Shown: in pieces, positions 1 to 8,736 of the stretch
How positions within the stretch are numbered: the stretch's first letter is position 1
Layout of the letters: the number at the start of each line of letters is the position of its first letter
Origin: Dehalococcoidales bacterium
Lineage (GTDB): Bacteria > Chloroflexota > Dehalococcoidia > Dehalococcoidales > E44-bin46
Assembly (NCBI GenBank): GCA_036481135.1
Contig: JAZGHN010000071.1
Location: 1 to 33,718 of the forward strand
Reading direction: 5' to 3'
DNA length: 33,718 nt
Notes under the pieces: generated by a model
Seen by the model: only the letters and a program-made list of their open reading frames with translations
Databases searched by the model: none
What the model was told of the DNA's origin: nothing
Program-made: the position numbers and the translations under genes

Positions 1-308
1 CTATCGCGCATCACCTGCCATCGAGCCTCGGCGGTCTTGTGACCACCTATGCCATCCATGGTGTCAACAAAGCCATCAAGGTGAAGGCCACCACTTAGCA
101 CTGCTGCGCCCACCAGTAACAGCCCGCTGACCACATTTGAGGGTAGGATAAATTGTAACAGCCAGTACGCTCCAGCCAGAATAAGCCCGATAATGAGGCC
201 GACTAAAGGGAAATATCCCGTGGAGCGGGCTAATTCCTCAGGGGCAACCTCGCGCCTTCGGAGTACCGGCAGAATAGTTAAGAACCTTAGAGCCGCGAAA
301 AAGCTCAA
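1..308 (-). CDS. cobS: Adenosylcobinamide-GDP ribazoletransferase (cobalamin synthase), N-terminal part; runs off the window
   Basis: Not in the ORF track. Manual translation from TTG at 308 (TTGA overlap with the cobT stop) gives MSFFAALRFLTILPV...STGYFPLVGLIIG...LSGGLHLDGFVDTMDG...ARWQVMRD, with the CobS FLT, FPLVG and GGLHxDGxxDxxDG motifs. Confidence 0.93.
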   Translation of the reverse strand, partial: MSFFAALRFLTILPVLRRREVAPEELARSTGYFPLVGLIIGLILAGAYWLLQFILPSNVVSGLLLVGAAVLSGGLHLDGFVDTMDGIGGHKTAEARWQVMRD

Positions 309-1375
309 CTCCCTGTCTCTTCCTTTTCTGAAACTTCGGCTTCGGCAAAGGTGGCCATCTCTGCCAGAACCCTGGCCGCCGTCTCAGCCAGAAATATTCC
401 CAGTCCAGCGCCTGTGCCCTCACCCAAACGCATACCCAGATTCAGTAGCGGTTTGAGTCCTAGATACTCCAGTAGGGGGCGATGTCCACTCTCCGTCGAA
501 CAATGAGAGGCGATAAGGAAATCCTTTAGACCCGGTGCGATTGCGGTGGCAATAAGGGCGGCAGCGCCAGAGATGAAGCCATCAATAACCACCGGGATTC
601 GGTGGGCGGCGGCAGCCAGCATCGCTCCAGCCAGTCCAGCGATCTCAAAACCACCTACTTTAGCCAGGACGTTCAGGGGCTTTTCTGGGTCGGGGTGATT
701 TACCTCAATAGCCCTCTTCACTACCTCTATCTTGTGGGCTAGCTGCTCATCGGTGAGACCGGTGCCACGGCCGGTGCTCTCCTCTACCGGTTTTCCCGTT
801 ATCACCGCACAGATGGCGGCGCTGGGGGTAGTATTGCCAATACCCATGTCTCCGGTGCCGATGATATCCAGCCCCTTGGCTACCTCAGCGGTCACTATCT
901 CGATACCGGCTTCAATTGCCGTTATCGCCTGTTCTTCAGTCATTGCCGGCCCTTGAGCGATATTCTGTGTGCCCGGAGCTACCTTTCGTGATAGAAGCTG
1001 AGGATGGGGTTTGAGGTCGGTGGCTACCCCCATATCAACCACGATAACCCTGGCGCCAACCTGACGGGCGATTACGTTTATCCCCGCCCCGCCACCGAGG
1101 AAATTATGAACCATCTGGGCGGTTACATCTTGAGGCCAGTTGCCCACCTTTTCTGCTACTACTCCGTGGTCACCAGCCATAGTGACAACAGCCTTTTGCT
1201 TGATGCTGGGCAGCGGCTTGGCCTGAATGCCGGCAAGCTGTATGGAGAGCTGTTCCAGCCTGCCTAGGCTGCCTGGTGGTTTGGTCAGCGTATCCTGTCG
1301 TGCCTGCGCCTGGGCCATAGCCTCCTTGTCCAGAGGTTTTATCATGCTGATGGTTTCGGATAAAAGCGTCGCCAT
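305..1375 (-). CDS. cobT: Nicotinate-nucleotide--dimethylbenzimidazole phosphoribosyltransferase
   Basis: LTKPPGSLGRLE, AGDHGV, GDMGIGNTT, GRGTG, VGGFEIAG, DGFI and MRLGEGTGA motifs. Confidence 0.97.
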   Translation of the reverse strand: MATLLSETISMIKPLDKEAMAQAQARQDTLTKPPGSLGRLEQLSIQLAGIQAKPLPSIKQKAVVTMAGDHGVVAEKVGNWPQDVTAQMVHNFLGGGAGINVIARQVGARVIVVDMGVATDLKPHPQLLSRKVAPGTQNIAQGPAMTEEQAITAIEAGIEIVTAEVAKGLDIIGTGDMGIGNTTPSAAICAVITGKPVEESTGRGTGLTDEQLAHKIEVVKRAIEVNHPDPEKPLNVLAKVGGFEIAGLAGAMLAAAAHRIPVVIDGFISGAAALIATAIAPGLKDFLIASHCSTESGHRPLLEYLGLKPLLNLGMRLGEGTGAGLGIFLAETAARVLAEMATFAEAEVSEKEETGS

Positions 1376-1400
1376 GTTATCACTCCTATTTCTATGCTTG

Positions 1401-2513
1401 TTATAGTAGGGTAGGGGTTTTATCCCCTGTGCCTTTTAACTCCTTAAGGGTATTGATTAGTTTCTGGCATTCAGGCATGGTGAGCACCGCGATGCGCACA
1501 TACTCCGGCAAGCCGAATGAGGCACAGTCACGGACCATAATGCCACGCTTTAACAAACTGGCTCGAAACTGCTTGCCGTTGCCTACCTTTACCAGGAAGA
1601 AGTTGGTTTTTGACGGCAGCACGGCGAACCCCATGTTCCTCAACTCTCCCACCAAAAACTGCTTTGCCTGCCTGATCTTCGAGTCACACTGTTTAAGATA
1701 TTTATCATCTTTCAGGACAAGAACCCCTGCCTTCTGAGCCACCGCATTGACATTCCACGGGGGGCAGACCTTGCGCAGGGTGCGGATAATTTCCTCGCTG
1801 GCCACAGCGTAGCCCAGACGTAGCCCGGGCAGGGCATAGTCCTTGGTCATGGAGCACATACTGATGATGTTTCCCTGTGGTATTAACTCGGTAGAAGACC
1901 AACTTTCTTCGGCGAAGGCGCTATAAGCCTTGTCTAGGATGAGTAGGCTCTGAGGGCGCGCCTGTAAAACCTGCTCAATCTCCTGCCGAGATAGATACTG
2001 TCCGGTGGGATTATTGGGATTGCAGATGAAAACCCCTTTGGGTTGGTGCTGTTGGATAAGGGCAACCGTCTTATCGGTATCGAAGGCGAAGCACTCTTCC
2101 TCTTTCCCCCATTGCTCTAGGATTTCGGTGCCGACGGTCTGGCAGGCAACCTCGTACTCACCGAATGTAGGTTTGAGGATGATAACCGAATCGCCATGAC
2201 CGAAGTAAGCCAGCGCGATGAGGCGAATAATCTCTGTAGAGCCACTGCCAACAATGATGTTATCCGGGGGAACCCCCAGTTTTTCGGAGAGGCGCGCTCT
2301 TAGCTCGGTAGCCTCAGAATCAGGGTAGCGGTCAATGACCACAGAATCAAAGACGTCCCTTATCTCTGGCGGGAAGGAAAACGGATTAAAGCCGACGCTA
2401 AAGTCGATTACTTCATCGGCGGCGAGCCCCATGGCGTCGAGTTCGGCGTAATTCGGCCCACCGTGAGGGCAGGCTGCTAACTTCTCTATTTCCGGTTTAG
2501 GTTTAATAGACAA
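1401..2513 (-). CDS. cobD: L-threonine-O-3-phosphate decarboxylase (CobD; HisC-like class I/II PLP enzyme)
   Basis: HGG N-terminus, DFS..NP, YPD, CNPNNPTG, SMTKDYALPGLRLGY (PLP lysine) and VRDCASFG; lies between cbiB and cobT; TTG start with a GGAG SD. Confidence 0.85.
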   Translation of the reverse strand: MSIKPKPEIEKLAACPHGGPNYAELDAMGLAADEVIDFSVGFNPFSFPPEIRDVFDSVVIDRYPDSEATELRARLSEKLGVPPDNIIVGSGSTEIIRLIALAYFGHGDSVIILKPTFGEYEVACQTVGTEILEQWGKEEECFAFDTDKTVALIQQHQPKGVFICNPNNPTGQYLSRQEIEQVLQARPQSLLILDKAYSAFAEESWSSTELIPQGNIISMCSMTKDYALPGLRLGYAVASEEIIRTLRKVCPPWNVNAVAQKAGVLVLKDDKYLKQCDSKIRQAKQFLVGELRNMGFAVLPSKTNFFLVKVGNGKQFRASLLKRGIMVRDCASFGLPEYVRIAVLTMPECQKLINTLKELKGTGDKTPTLL

Positions 2514-3429
2514 AACGACTCACTCCAATGGCGAAACATATTGAAATCCAGATGGCCATCGCTATTTGCGTCAGGCTTAACGACTTATCAATGGTCTCTG
2601 GAACCAGGGTGGCATTGGCGCTGCCCAGTCTGTAGCGGTCTACCTTTTCCAGCTGTATGTTCAGGGCACCGGCGGCGGCAGCCATCGGCCAGCCAGCATT
2701 GGGGCTCTCCGTTTTAGCATGGTCGCTGAGCGCCACCTGCCATGCTCTCCTGCCACCGCGCCTGGAGAAAAAGGCAGCCAGAACCAGAAACATCGCTGTC
2801 AGCCTGGCTGGTATATAATTAAGCACATCGTCCAGTCTACTGGCAAACTTTCCCAGATACTCATACCTGCCATGGTAGCCTATCATACTGTCCAGTGTGC
2901 TGACAGCGCGGTAGGCAATAGCCCCGGGGACACCAAGAATCAGGAAGTAGAATAAAGGCGCCACAAAGCTGTCACAGGTGCTCTCGGCAACCGATTCCAC
3001 CGCCGCCGATACCAACAGCGGCTTGGGCAGGGCGCTGGTGTTACGGCTGACTAGAGCGCGTAGCTCAAAGCGTGCCTTGTCCAGCTTATCATCGTGGAGC
3101 AGGCTCTTTATCTTAAGCGCCGTTGTTCTCAGCCCCCTGAAGCTGAAGGTCAGGTTGAGAAGTAGTGCCCCCACTATGAGATAGGCAACAAAGTTAACCC
3201 CTTTAAGATATGCCAGCAGGAAGTAGGCGGGAACGGCAAATAGGGCGACAACGGCTACGGTAATCATGACCCCGTAGGCAAGGTGATGCGAAGTCCCGTG
3301 GCTCAACCCCCTTCTCTCCAGGAATGAGATAAACCTCCCCATCCAGGCCACCGGGTGGAAGGTGTCAGACGGCTCACCCAAAGCGAAATCAAAAATTAGC
3401 GCCAGCGCCAGTAGCCACAGAATATCCAT
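2503..3429 (-). CDS. cbiB: Adenosylcobinamide-phosphate synthase CbiB
   Basis: GEP...HPVAWMG, LVSR, AVESVAES, TLDSMIGY, LDDVLNYIPARL and SPNAGWPMAA motifs; hydrophobic; ATG at 3429 overlaps the btuD stop (TGATG). Confidence 0.95.
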   Translation of the reverse strand: MDILWLLALALIFDFALGEPSDTFHPVAWMGRFISFLERRGLSHGTSHHLAYGVMITVAVVALFAVPAYFLLAYLKGVNFVAYLIVGALLLNLTFSFRGLRTTALKIKSLLHDDKLDKARFELRALVSRNTSALPKPLLVSAAVESVAESTCDSFVAPLFYFLILGVPGAIAYRAVSTLDSMIGYHGRYEYLGKFASRLDDVLNYIPARLTAMFLVLAAFFSRRGGRRAWQVALSDHAKTESPNAGWPMAAAAGALNIQLEKVDRYRLGSANATLVPETIDKSLSLTQIAMAIWISICFAIGVSRFVY

Positions 3430-4235
3430 CACTTATTAGCTCTCGAGTTTTTACTGTCGCCCACCCTGGGCAATACTACGGGCAGACCACTCAGGGGGTG
3501 GGTGAGAACATAGTTCCCCGGCCCGTATACCTCCTCGAGGTTTTGGGCATTAATAACCTCTGCCGGTGTGCCCTCAGCGTGAATCCCCCCCTGATTTACC
3601 AGAAGTAGACGGTCACAATAATGGACAGCCAGGTTAAGGTCATGCAGGGCCACCACTACGGCCAGTTTATTCTTCTGGCACAGCCCTTTGATCAGGTCAA
3701 GAATCTCAATCTGGCGGCTGATATCCAGATTGGCTGTGGGCTCGTCCAGAAGAATAGCCTCCGTCTCCTGGGCCAGGACACGGGCGATAACCACACACTG
3801 GATCTCACCTCCAGAAAGCTCGCTTATCCTTCTTTCGGCGAGAGGTTGAGTGGATGTTTGTTTCATAGCCTGCCAGGTAATCTCTATATCCCTCGGTCCT
3901 TCATACTGGAAGAGACCGAGGTGGGGATTTCTGCCCATGAGCACAATGTCAAAGGCGGTAAAGGCGCTGGGCAGAATTGGGGTCTGGGGAACGACACCTA
4001 CCAGGACGGACAGCTCCTTTCTTGGTATCCGGGAGATATCCCTATCATTGATAAGAACCCTGCCCGAATGGGGGGCGATAACGCGGCTCAGAGCCTTAAT
4101 AATGGTTGACTTACCCGAACCATTGGGTCCGACAATACCGACTATCTCGCCAGGCATCACCTGGAAGGTTATGTCTTCCACCACCTTTTTATCCCCATAG
4201 GCCAGGGTTATTTCCTTTATTTCCAGTTTAACCAT
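3429..4235 (-). CDS. btuD: Corrinoid/iron-chelate ABC transporter ATP-binding protein (BtuD-like)
   Basis: GPNGSGKST, LSGGE, LLDEPT and LHDLNLA; likely start is ATG 4235 (MVKLEIK) rather than the longer ORF-track start. Confidence 0.88.
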   Translation of the reverse strand: MVKLEIKEITLAYGDKKVVEDITFQVMPGEIVGIVGPNGSGKSTIIKALSRVIAPHSGRVLINDRDISRIPRKELSVLVGVVPQTPILPSAFTAFDIVLMGRNPHLGLFQYEGPRDIEITWQAMKQTSTQPLAERRISELSGGEIQCVVIARVLAQETEAILLDEPTANLDISRQIEILDLIKGLCQKNKLAVVVALHDLNLAVHYCDRLLLVNQGGIHAEGTPAEVINAQNLEEVYGPGNYVLTHPLSGLPVVLPRVGDSKNSRANK

Positions 4236-4242
4236 GTTCGCC

Positions 4243-5340
4243 TCAGAACAATATCTTGGTTCGCCGCCTAAGCAAGTAGAGGAAGAAGGGGGCACCACAG
4301 ACAGCGGTGAATATCCCTACCGGTATCTCGGAAGGCGCCATTAACGTGCGAGCAACAATATCGGCAACAATGAGGAACACTCCGCCAGCCAGAACAGAGA
4401 GAGGAAGAAGAAAGCGGTAGTCTGGCCCCCAGATCAGGCGCACAATATGGGGGATGATGATGCCAACAAAGCCGATGATACCGACAAAGGAAACAGCGGC
4501 AGCGGTAATCAGCGTAGCTGCGACAAGAAGAATAACCTTTAGTTTCTCCACACTAATTCCCAGTTGCTGAGCCTGCTCCTCCCCAAGCTGGATAAGGTTG
4601 AGCGACCGGGCATGAATCATAATTATGGTAACTCCGACAGCCACCGCCGGCAAAGCAATCCTTACCTCCGACCATTGGCTCAGGGAGAAACTCCCCATAA
4701 GCCAGAACATAATTCCATGTATCTTCTCTCCACTGGTGATGATGAGATAGGAAACAATGGCTGCCAGAAGGGAGCCCAGAGCCACCCCAGCCAGGATAAG
4801 CCTGGTCACTGCCAGCATCCTGCCCACCCGACTCAGGCCGTAGACAATGCTCACACTGGCAAGTGCTCCGATGAAGGCAAATAGCGGTATAATGCCAAAA
4901 CCAAGACCAAGACCCTGCCAGCCTATTGGTAGCAGAAAACCAATGACGGCTCCCAATGCCGCCCCCTGAGCCACGCCGATAAGGTAGGGGTCAGCCAGCG
5001 GATTGCGGAACAGCCCCTGATAGGTGGCTCCAGCCACTGACAGGGCAGCACCGACGATGCCAGCCAGGATTACCCTGGGCAGGCGTATGTCTAGAATTAT
5101 GGTCTCTATCGTACTTGGCCAGGCAGGATTTGCGTCAACTAAAGGCAGTTTGGAGAGGAGGATGCTGGATGTGGTCGAAAATGGAATTTGGACGCTGCCA
5201 ATGGCGGTGGCTAAGGGTACCATAGCGCAGAGGAGGACAGAAAGCCCGATAATGGCATAGATACACCGACGCCAGCGGGGGTAGGGTACGGCTGGTACCA
5301 CCCGGCCGACTTTAGGCACTTCAAGCTGTCTCAGAGGCAT
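4243..5340 (-). CDS. btuC: Corrinoid ABC transporter permease (FecCD/BtuC family)
   Basis: IRLPRV, QGLFRNPLADPYLIGV, GEEQAQQLG, GIIGFVGIIIPH and EIPVGIFTA..GAPFFLYLL. Confidence 0.9.
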   Translation of the reverse strand: MPLRQLEVPKVGRVVPAVPYPRWRRCIYAIIGLSVLLCAMVPLATAIGSVQIPFSTTSSILLSKLPLVDANPAWPSTIETIILDIRLPRVILAGIVGAALSVAGATYQGLFRNPLADPYLIGVAQGAALGAVIGFLLPIGWQGLGLGFGIIPLFAFIGALASVSIVYGLSRVGRMLAVTRLILAGVALGSLLAAIVSYLIITSGEKIHGIMFWLMGSFSLSQWSEVRIALPAVAVGVTIIMIHARSLNLIQLGEEQAQQLGISVEKLKVILLVAATLITAAAVSFVGIIGFVGIIIPHIVRLIWGPDYRFLLPLSVLAGGVFLIVADIVARTLMAPSEIPVGIFTAVCGAPFFLYLLRRRTKILF

Positions 5341-5367
5341 ATTGTCAAAGCCTTTCCCAATTCTCAG

Positions 5368-6333
5368 TTACTCAATGGAACCGAACATCTCTGGGTGTAT
5401 CATTTTGGCTAATTGCTCCAGTCCATCAACCATTCTCGGGCCAGGCCGACCAATAAGGTCGGTGTCTATCTCATATATCTGGCCGTTAACGCGGGCGTCT
5501 AAGTCCCCGAGTCTCTCCTCAGTTAAAGCAAATTCATATGGCAAACTGGCACCCTCTCCCATCCCGCCGCCGGCAATAATAATCTGTGGATTGGCTACGA
5601 TAACTGCCTCCAGACTCAGGGTGGGATATTCCTCGCCGAGGTTTTGACCGATATTCGTCCCACCTGCCGACTCGATTAATTCATGAATGCGGGTATCTGG
5701 ACCGGCGGTCATTAGCGGGTCATGCCAGACAATGTAAAACACCCTCGGTCTTTCAGCCGGCTTCAGATTCCCCGTCTTATCGGTTATCGCCCTAATCCGG
5801 CTCTCCATCCCGGCGACCAGTTGAGCGGCCTCTTCCTGCACTCCGGAACACTCGCCCACCAGAGTGATAGCATCCAGCACTTCATCAAGGGTCTTTGGCT
5901 CCAGAGCCAGCACAGTTAAGCCAAGCCCCTCCAGTCGCGGGATAATCTCCTCTTTATGGATATTAGTAGCCAGTATCAGGTCGGGCTCACTCTCTACTAC
6001 TTTCTCAATGTCAACCGTGCTGAAACCACCTACCTTTGGCTTGTCTTTGGCTGCCTCAGGGTAATCACAGAACTCGGTCACCCCCACTAGCTTCTCCTCC
6101 AGTCCCAGGGCATATACGATTTCAGTGTTGCTGGGGGACAGAGAAACGATTCTTTCCGGTATCTTCTCTATTCTTACCTGCCTGTCCATCTGGTCGGTCA
6201 CATTCAGAGGAAAAGCTGGCTCGCTTTGAACTGCTGGCGCCGGCCTTTTCGGCGTTGAGGTACAGGCGCCGAGAAAACTCGCCAGGAATGCCGAAACTAT
6301 CAACAATATGGTTACCTTAGTTGTTAGCCCCAT
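5368..6333 (-). CDS. btuF: Cobalamin-binding lipoprotein (BtuF-like substrate-binding protein)
   Basis: Lipobox FLGAC; PERIVSLSPSNTEI, VGVTEFCDYP and RPGPRMVDGLEQLAKMIHPE; GAGGAG SD; heads the corrinoid salvage genes. Confidence 0.9.
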   Translation of the reverse strand: MGLTTKVTILLIVSAFLASFLGACTSTPKRPAPAVQSEPAFPLNVTDQMDRQVRIEKIPERIVSLSPSNTEIVYALGLEEKLVGVTEFCDYPEAAKDKPKVGGFSTVDIEKVVESEPDLILATNIHKEEIIPRLEGLGLTVLALEPKTLDEVLDAITLVGECSGVQEEAAQLVAGMESRIRAITDKTGNLKPAERPRVFYIVWHDPLMTAGPDTRIHELIESAGGTNIGQNLGEEYPTLSLEAVIVANPQIIIAGGGMGEGASLPYEFALTEERLGDLDARVNGQIYEIDTDLIGRPGPRMVDGLEQLAKMIHPEMFGSIE

Positions 6334-6403
6334 ATGTCTCCTCTTTGGCAGTAGTTGGCTTGATGGTAAATCAAGTAGGCTAGATTCTTATTTATCCTGC
6401 TTA

Positions 6404-6433
6404 ACTATATCTGGGATACATGTTCAGTGTCAA
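6404..6433 (-). promoter_or_regulatory. Sigma70-type promoter for the btuF operon
   Basis: Minus strand TTGACA (6433-6428), 18 nt, TATAGT (6409-6404), about 70 nt upstream of the btuF ATG. Confidence 0.7.
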
Positions 6434-6462
6434 CTCTAAATGGCCGAGGTTATTGGTCTTCG

Positions 6463-7128
6463 CTACTCTTTGGGGACGAGCCTATACTTACTGATATCTA
6501 AAAGCCAGTGGTTGTTTCTTTGATAAGTCCTACTTGGTGTAATCTCTATCCTGCTCCCGAAAATAGGTCCATTGACCACCACGGTGTGGTATTCACCACT
6601 CTCCCCACAGGGGTCGATGCCCGAGTTGCTCAGGTAGCGGATAAAATCCTTGTCCACGCGGTGTCCAAGCCACTTTTTGTCAATGAGGTCAGATTTGGCA
6701 CTGACTATGACGGCTTCAAAGCCGGCATCAATGAAGTCGGAAACGACTTTCTCAGTCTTCCTCCCCCAGAGTGGCTCCACGGCTTCAATACCGATCTCAC
6801 CGCACACCCTTTCCACCCAATCCCTGTGTTCCTGCAGATATATATCACCAAAAACCATCCCCTCTATGCCATTGGGGACCAGACTTCTTACCGCCTCCTT
6901 GAACTCCTGTTCATACCCACCCCAGGTGGTCTCCTTTTGCAAGAGGGGGATACCCAGAGCCTGGCTCTGCAATTGAATCAGCTTGGCTTCGGTGCCATGA
7001 AACCTTACCCTCTGGGACTCTTGGGCGATGAAGTTCACCAGGTGGGAGACCTTGTATCCCTGGCGTATCGCTTCATAGCAAGCGAAGCAACCATCTTTAC
7101 CACCGCTCCAGGATGCGAGGTAGCTCAT
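6463..7128 (-). CDS. DUF71/COG2102 diphthine--ammonia ligase-like PP-loop ATPase
   Basis: SWSGGKD PP-loop, RVRFHG, VFGDIYL..HRDWVERVC, EPLWG and DPCGESGEYHTVVVNGPIF. Confidence 0.9.
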   Translation of the reverse strand: MSYLASWSGGKDGCFACYEAIRQGYKVSHLVNFIAQESQRVRFHGTEAKLIQLQSQALGIPLLQKETTWGGYEQEFKEAVRSLVPNGIEGMVFGDIYLQEHRDWVERVCGEIGIEAVEPLWGRKTEKVVSDFIDAGFEAVIVSAKSDLIDKKWLGHRVDKDFIRYLSNSGIDPCGESGEYHTVVVNGPIFGSRIEITPSRTYQRNNHWLLDISKYRLVPKE

Positions 7129-7208
7129 GAGGTCGCTCCTAAATAGCGAACTGAATTGTCGAGATTCATCCCTTTAGAACTATACCAGGCTTTAAATGAT
7201 TAAACTTT

Positions 7209-7237
7209 AGTTTAGTCTCTGTTCTCAGGGTTGTCAA
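7209..7237 (-). promoter_or_regulatory. Sigma70-type promoter for the DUF71 gene
   Basis: Minus strand TTGACA (7237-7232), 17 nt, TAAACT (7214-7209). Confidence 0.65.
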
Positions 7238-7252
7238 TGCTACCCAAACAGG

Positions 7253-8629
7253 CTATTTTCGCTGGGTCCTGCCTCGCAGCATTGAGGTGACTATGCCTGC
7301 GGAACAGAGGGCGGTGAAAATGATGAAGGCTATTTTGGTACTGCTCAAAAATTGCGGATAGTATTGGGGTGTGATTTCCATTCTCCCGATGTAGATGGCG
7401 AACAGTAGCATGGTGATTCCCATGCTGAATGTCATACCAATCTGCCGCATGGTGGCAAAGGTAGCTGAGGCCACACCGTAAACTCTCTGTTTAACCGAGG
7501 TCATAATGGCGTTAGTATTGGGGGATACGAAGAGGGCACGGCCGAAACCGATGAGAACCAGGTTGCCAATGATGAAGGCTAAGCTCGTATCCTCAGCGAG
7601 CAGGATAAAGCGGGATAGTCCTACTGCGGTTAATCCCAGGCCTATGGAGGCCAGTATTCGGGGTTCAAACCGGTCAGAAAGCCTGCCGGCAACCGGGGAA
7701 AAACCGGACTGAACTCCGGCCATGGCGACGAGAACCAAGCCGGCGCTCTGGGGGCTAAGCCCTTTGATATACTGCAGGTAAAGGCTTAACAGGAAGGCTA
7801 TGGAGAAGGTTGCGGTGTAACTAATGAGGTGGGTCAGGTTGGAGAACACGAACACCCTATTCTTAACAAAGAGTTTTATATCCAGAAGGGGACTCTTCAC
7901 CTTCATCTCTCGCTTAACAAAGGCGAAAATCCCTGAGGTACCTGCCGCGATGAAAACTATCCCCAGCGTTTCCGGGAGCAGGGAAAAACCGTATATTATC
8001 CCGACAAGGGCGAGGCCGTAGATTACAGAGCCAGCAAGGTCGAATTTCTCTCCTTTTGCCTCAGCCCACTCTCCCTTCATTTTATGCAGGACGAAGGGAA
8101 TTGTAATGGCTCCCAGAGGTACAGTGGCCAGGAATATGCTTCTCCAGCCAAAATGCTGAGTTAAAATGCCGCCTAGAATTGGACCTAAGGACAGTCCTAA
8201 GTAGGTGGCAGCAACGCTTATCCCTAAAGCCTTGCCCCTTTCTCCAGCCGGGAATACTGAGGTTATGATGGCTACCCCGGTAGCAGCGATCATGGCCGCT
8301 CCGATTCCCTGGACAACTCGTAAGGCAATAAGGGCGCTGGCAGTCGAGATAAATAAAACAAGAAGGGTGGCAATGGTAAAGACAAATATACCGCAGGTGA
8401 GAATCCTCTTCCTGCCATATATATCGGCTAGCCGACCAAAGGGAAGGAGACAGATTGCCGTAGCTAGAAGATATGCGGTAGGAATCCAACTTACCACAAC
8501 GGCGTCTATTTGGAGTTCGCTGCTAATCGAGGGGAGGGCGATGTTGATTGAAGACCCCATAAAGGTGACAAGGAAGGTACTCAGTGCGGCAACAACTAAA
8601 ACCGTTCTTTTAGGTGTATTATTACTCAT
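7253..8629 (-). CDS. MFS transporter, DHA2 (14-TMS drug:H+ antiporter) type
   Basis: NIALPSI, GRLADIYGRKR (motif A), RVVQGIGAA, ERGKALG, GPILGGILT..FGWRSIF and GRLSDR. Confidence 0.93.
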   Translation of the reverse strand: MSNNTPKRTVLVVAALSTFLVTFMGSSINIALPSISSELQIDAVVVSWIPTAYLLATAICLLPFGRLADIYGRKRILTCGIFVFTIATLLVLFISTASALIALRVVQGIGAAMIAATGVAIITSVFPAGERGKALGISVAATYLGLSLGPILGGILTQHFGWRSIFLATVPLGAITIPFVLHKMKGEWAEAKGEKFDLAGSVIYGLALVGIIYGFSLLPETLGIVFIAAGTSGIFAFVKREMKVKSPLLDIKLFVKNRVFVFSNLTHLISYTATFSIAFLLSLYLQYIKGLSPQSAGLVLVAMAGVQSGFSPVAGRLSDRFEPRILASIGLGLTAVGLSRFILLAEDTSLAFIIGNLVLIGFGRALFVSPNTNAIMTSVKQRVYGVASATFATMRQIGMTFSMGITMLLFAIYIGRMEITPQYYPQFLSSTKIAFIIFTALCSAGIVTSMLRGRTQRK

Positions 8630-8736
8630 GCTCGGTCTGCTGCTATATTGTTTTCCGTAGTGAAAAGTCGGTGGGTTTCTGGGAGAATTGGCGAATATGC
8701 CTTAAGCGATAGTGGGGCCTCTATCGGGCTATGGCA

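Noticed and set aside
6334-6462. Cobalamin riboswitch upstream of btuF
   Set aside because: The leader after the predicted promoter is too short, and no B12-box or GGGAA/GCCACTG-type elements are visible.
8707-8726. Hairpin CGATAG-N8-CTATCG after nadA as a terminator
   Set aside because: Short stem with no U-tract on the coding strand; not supportable.
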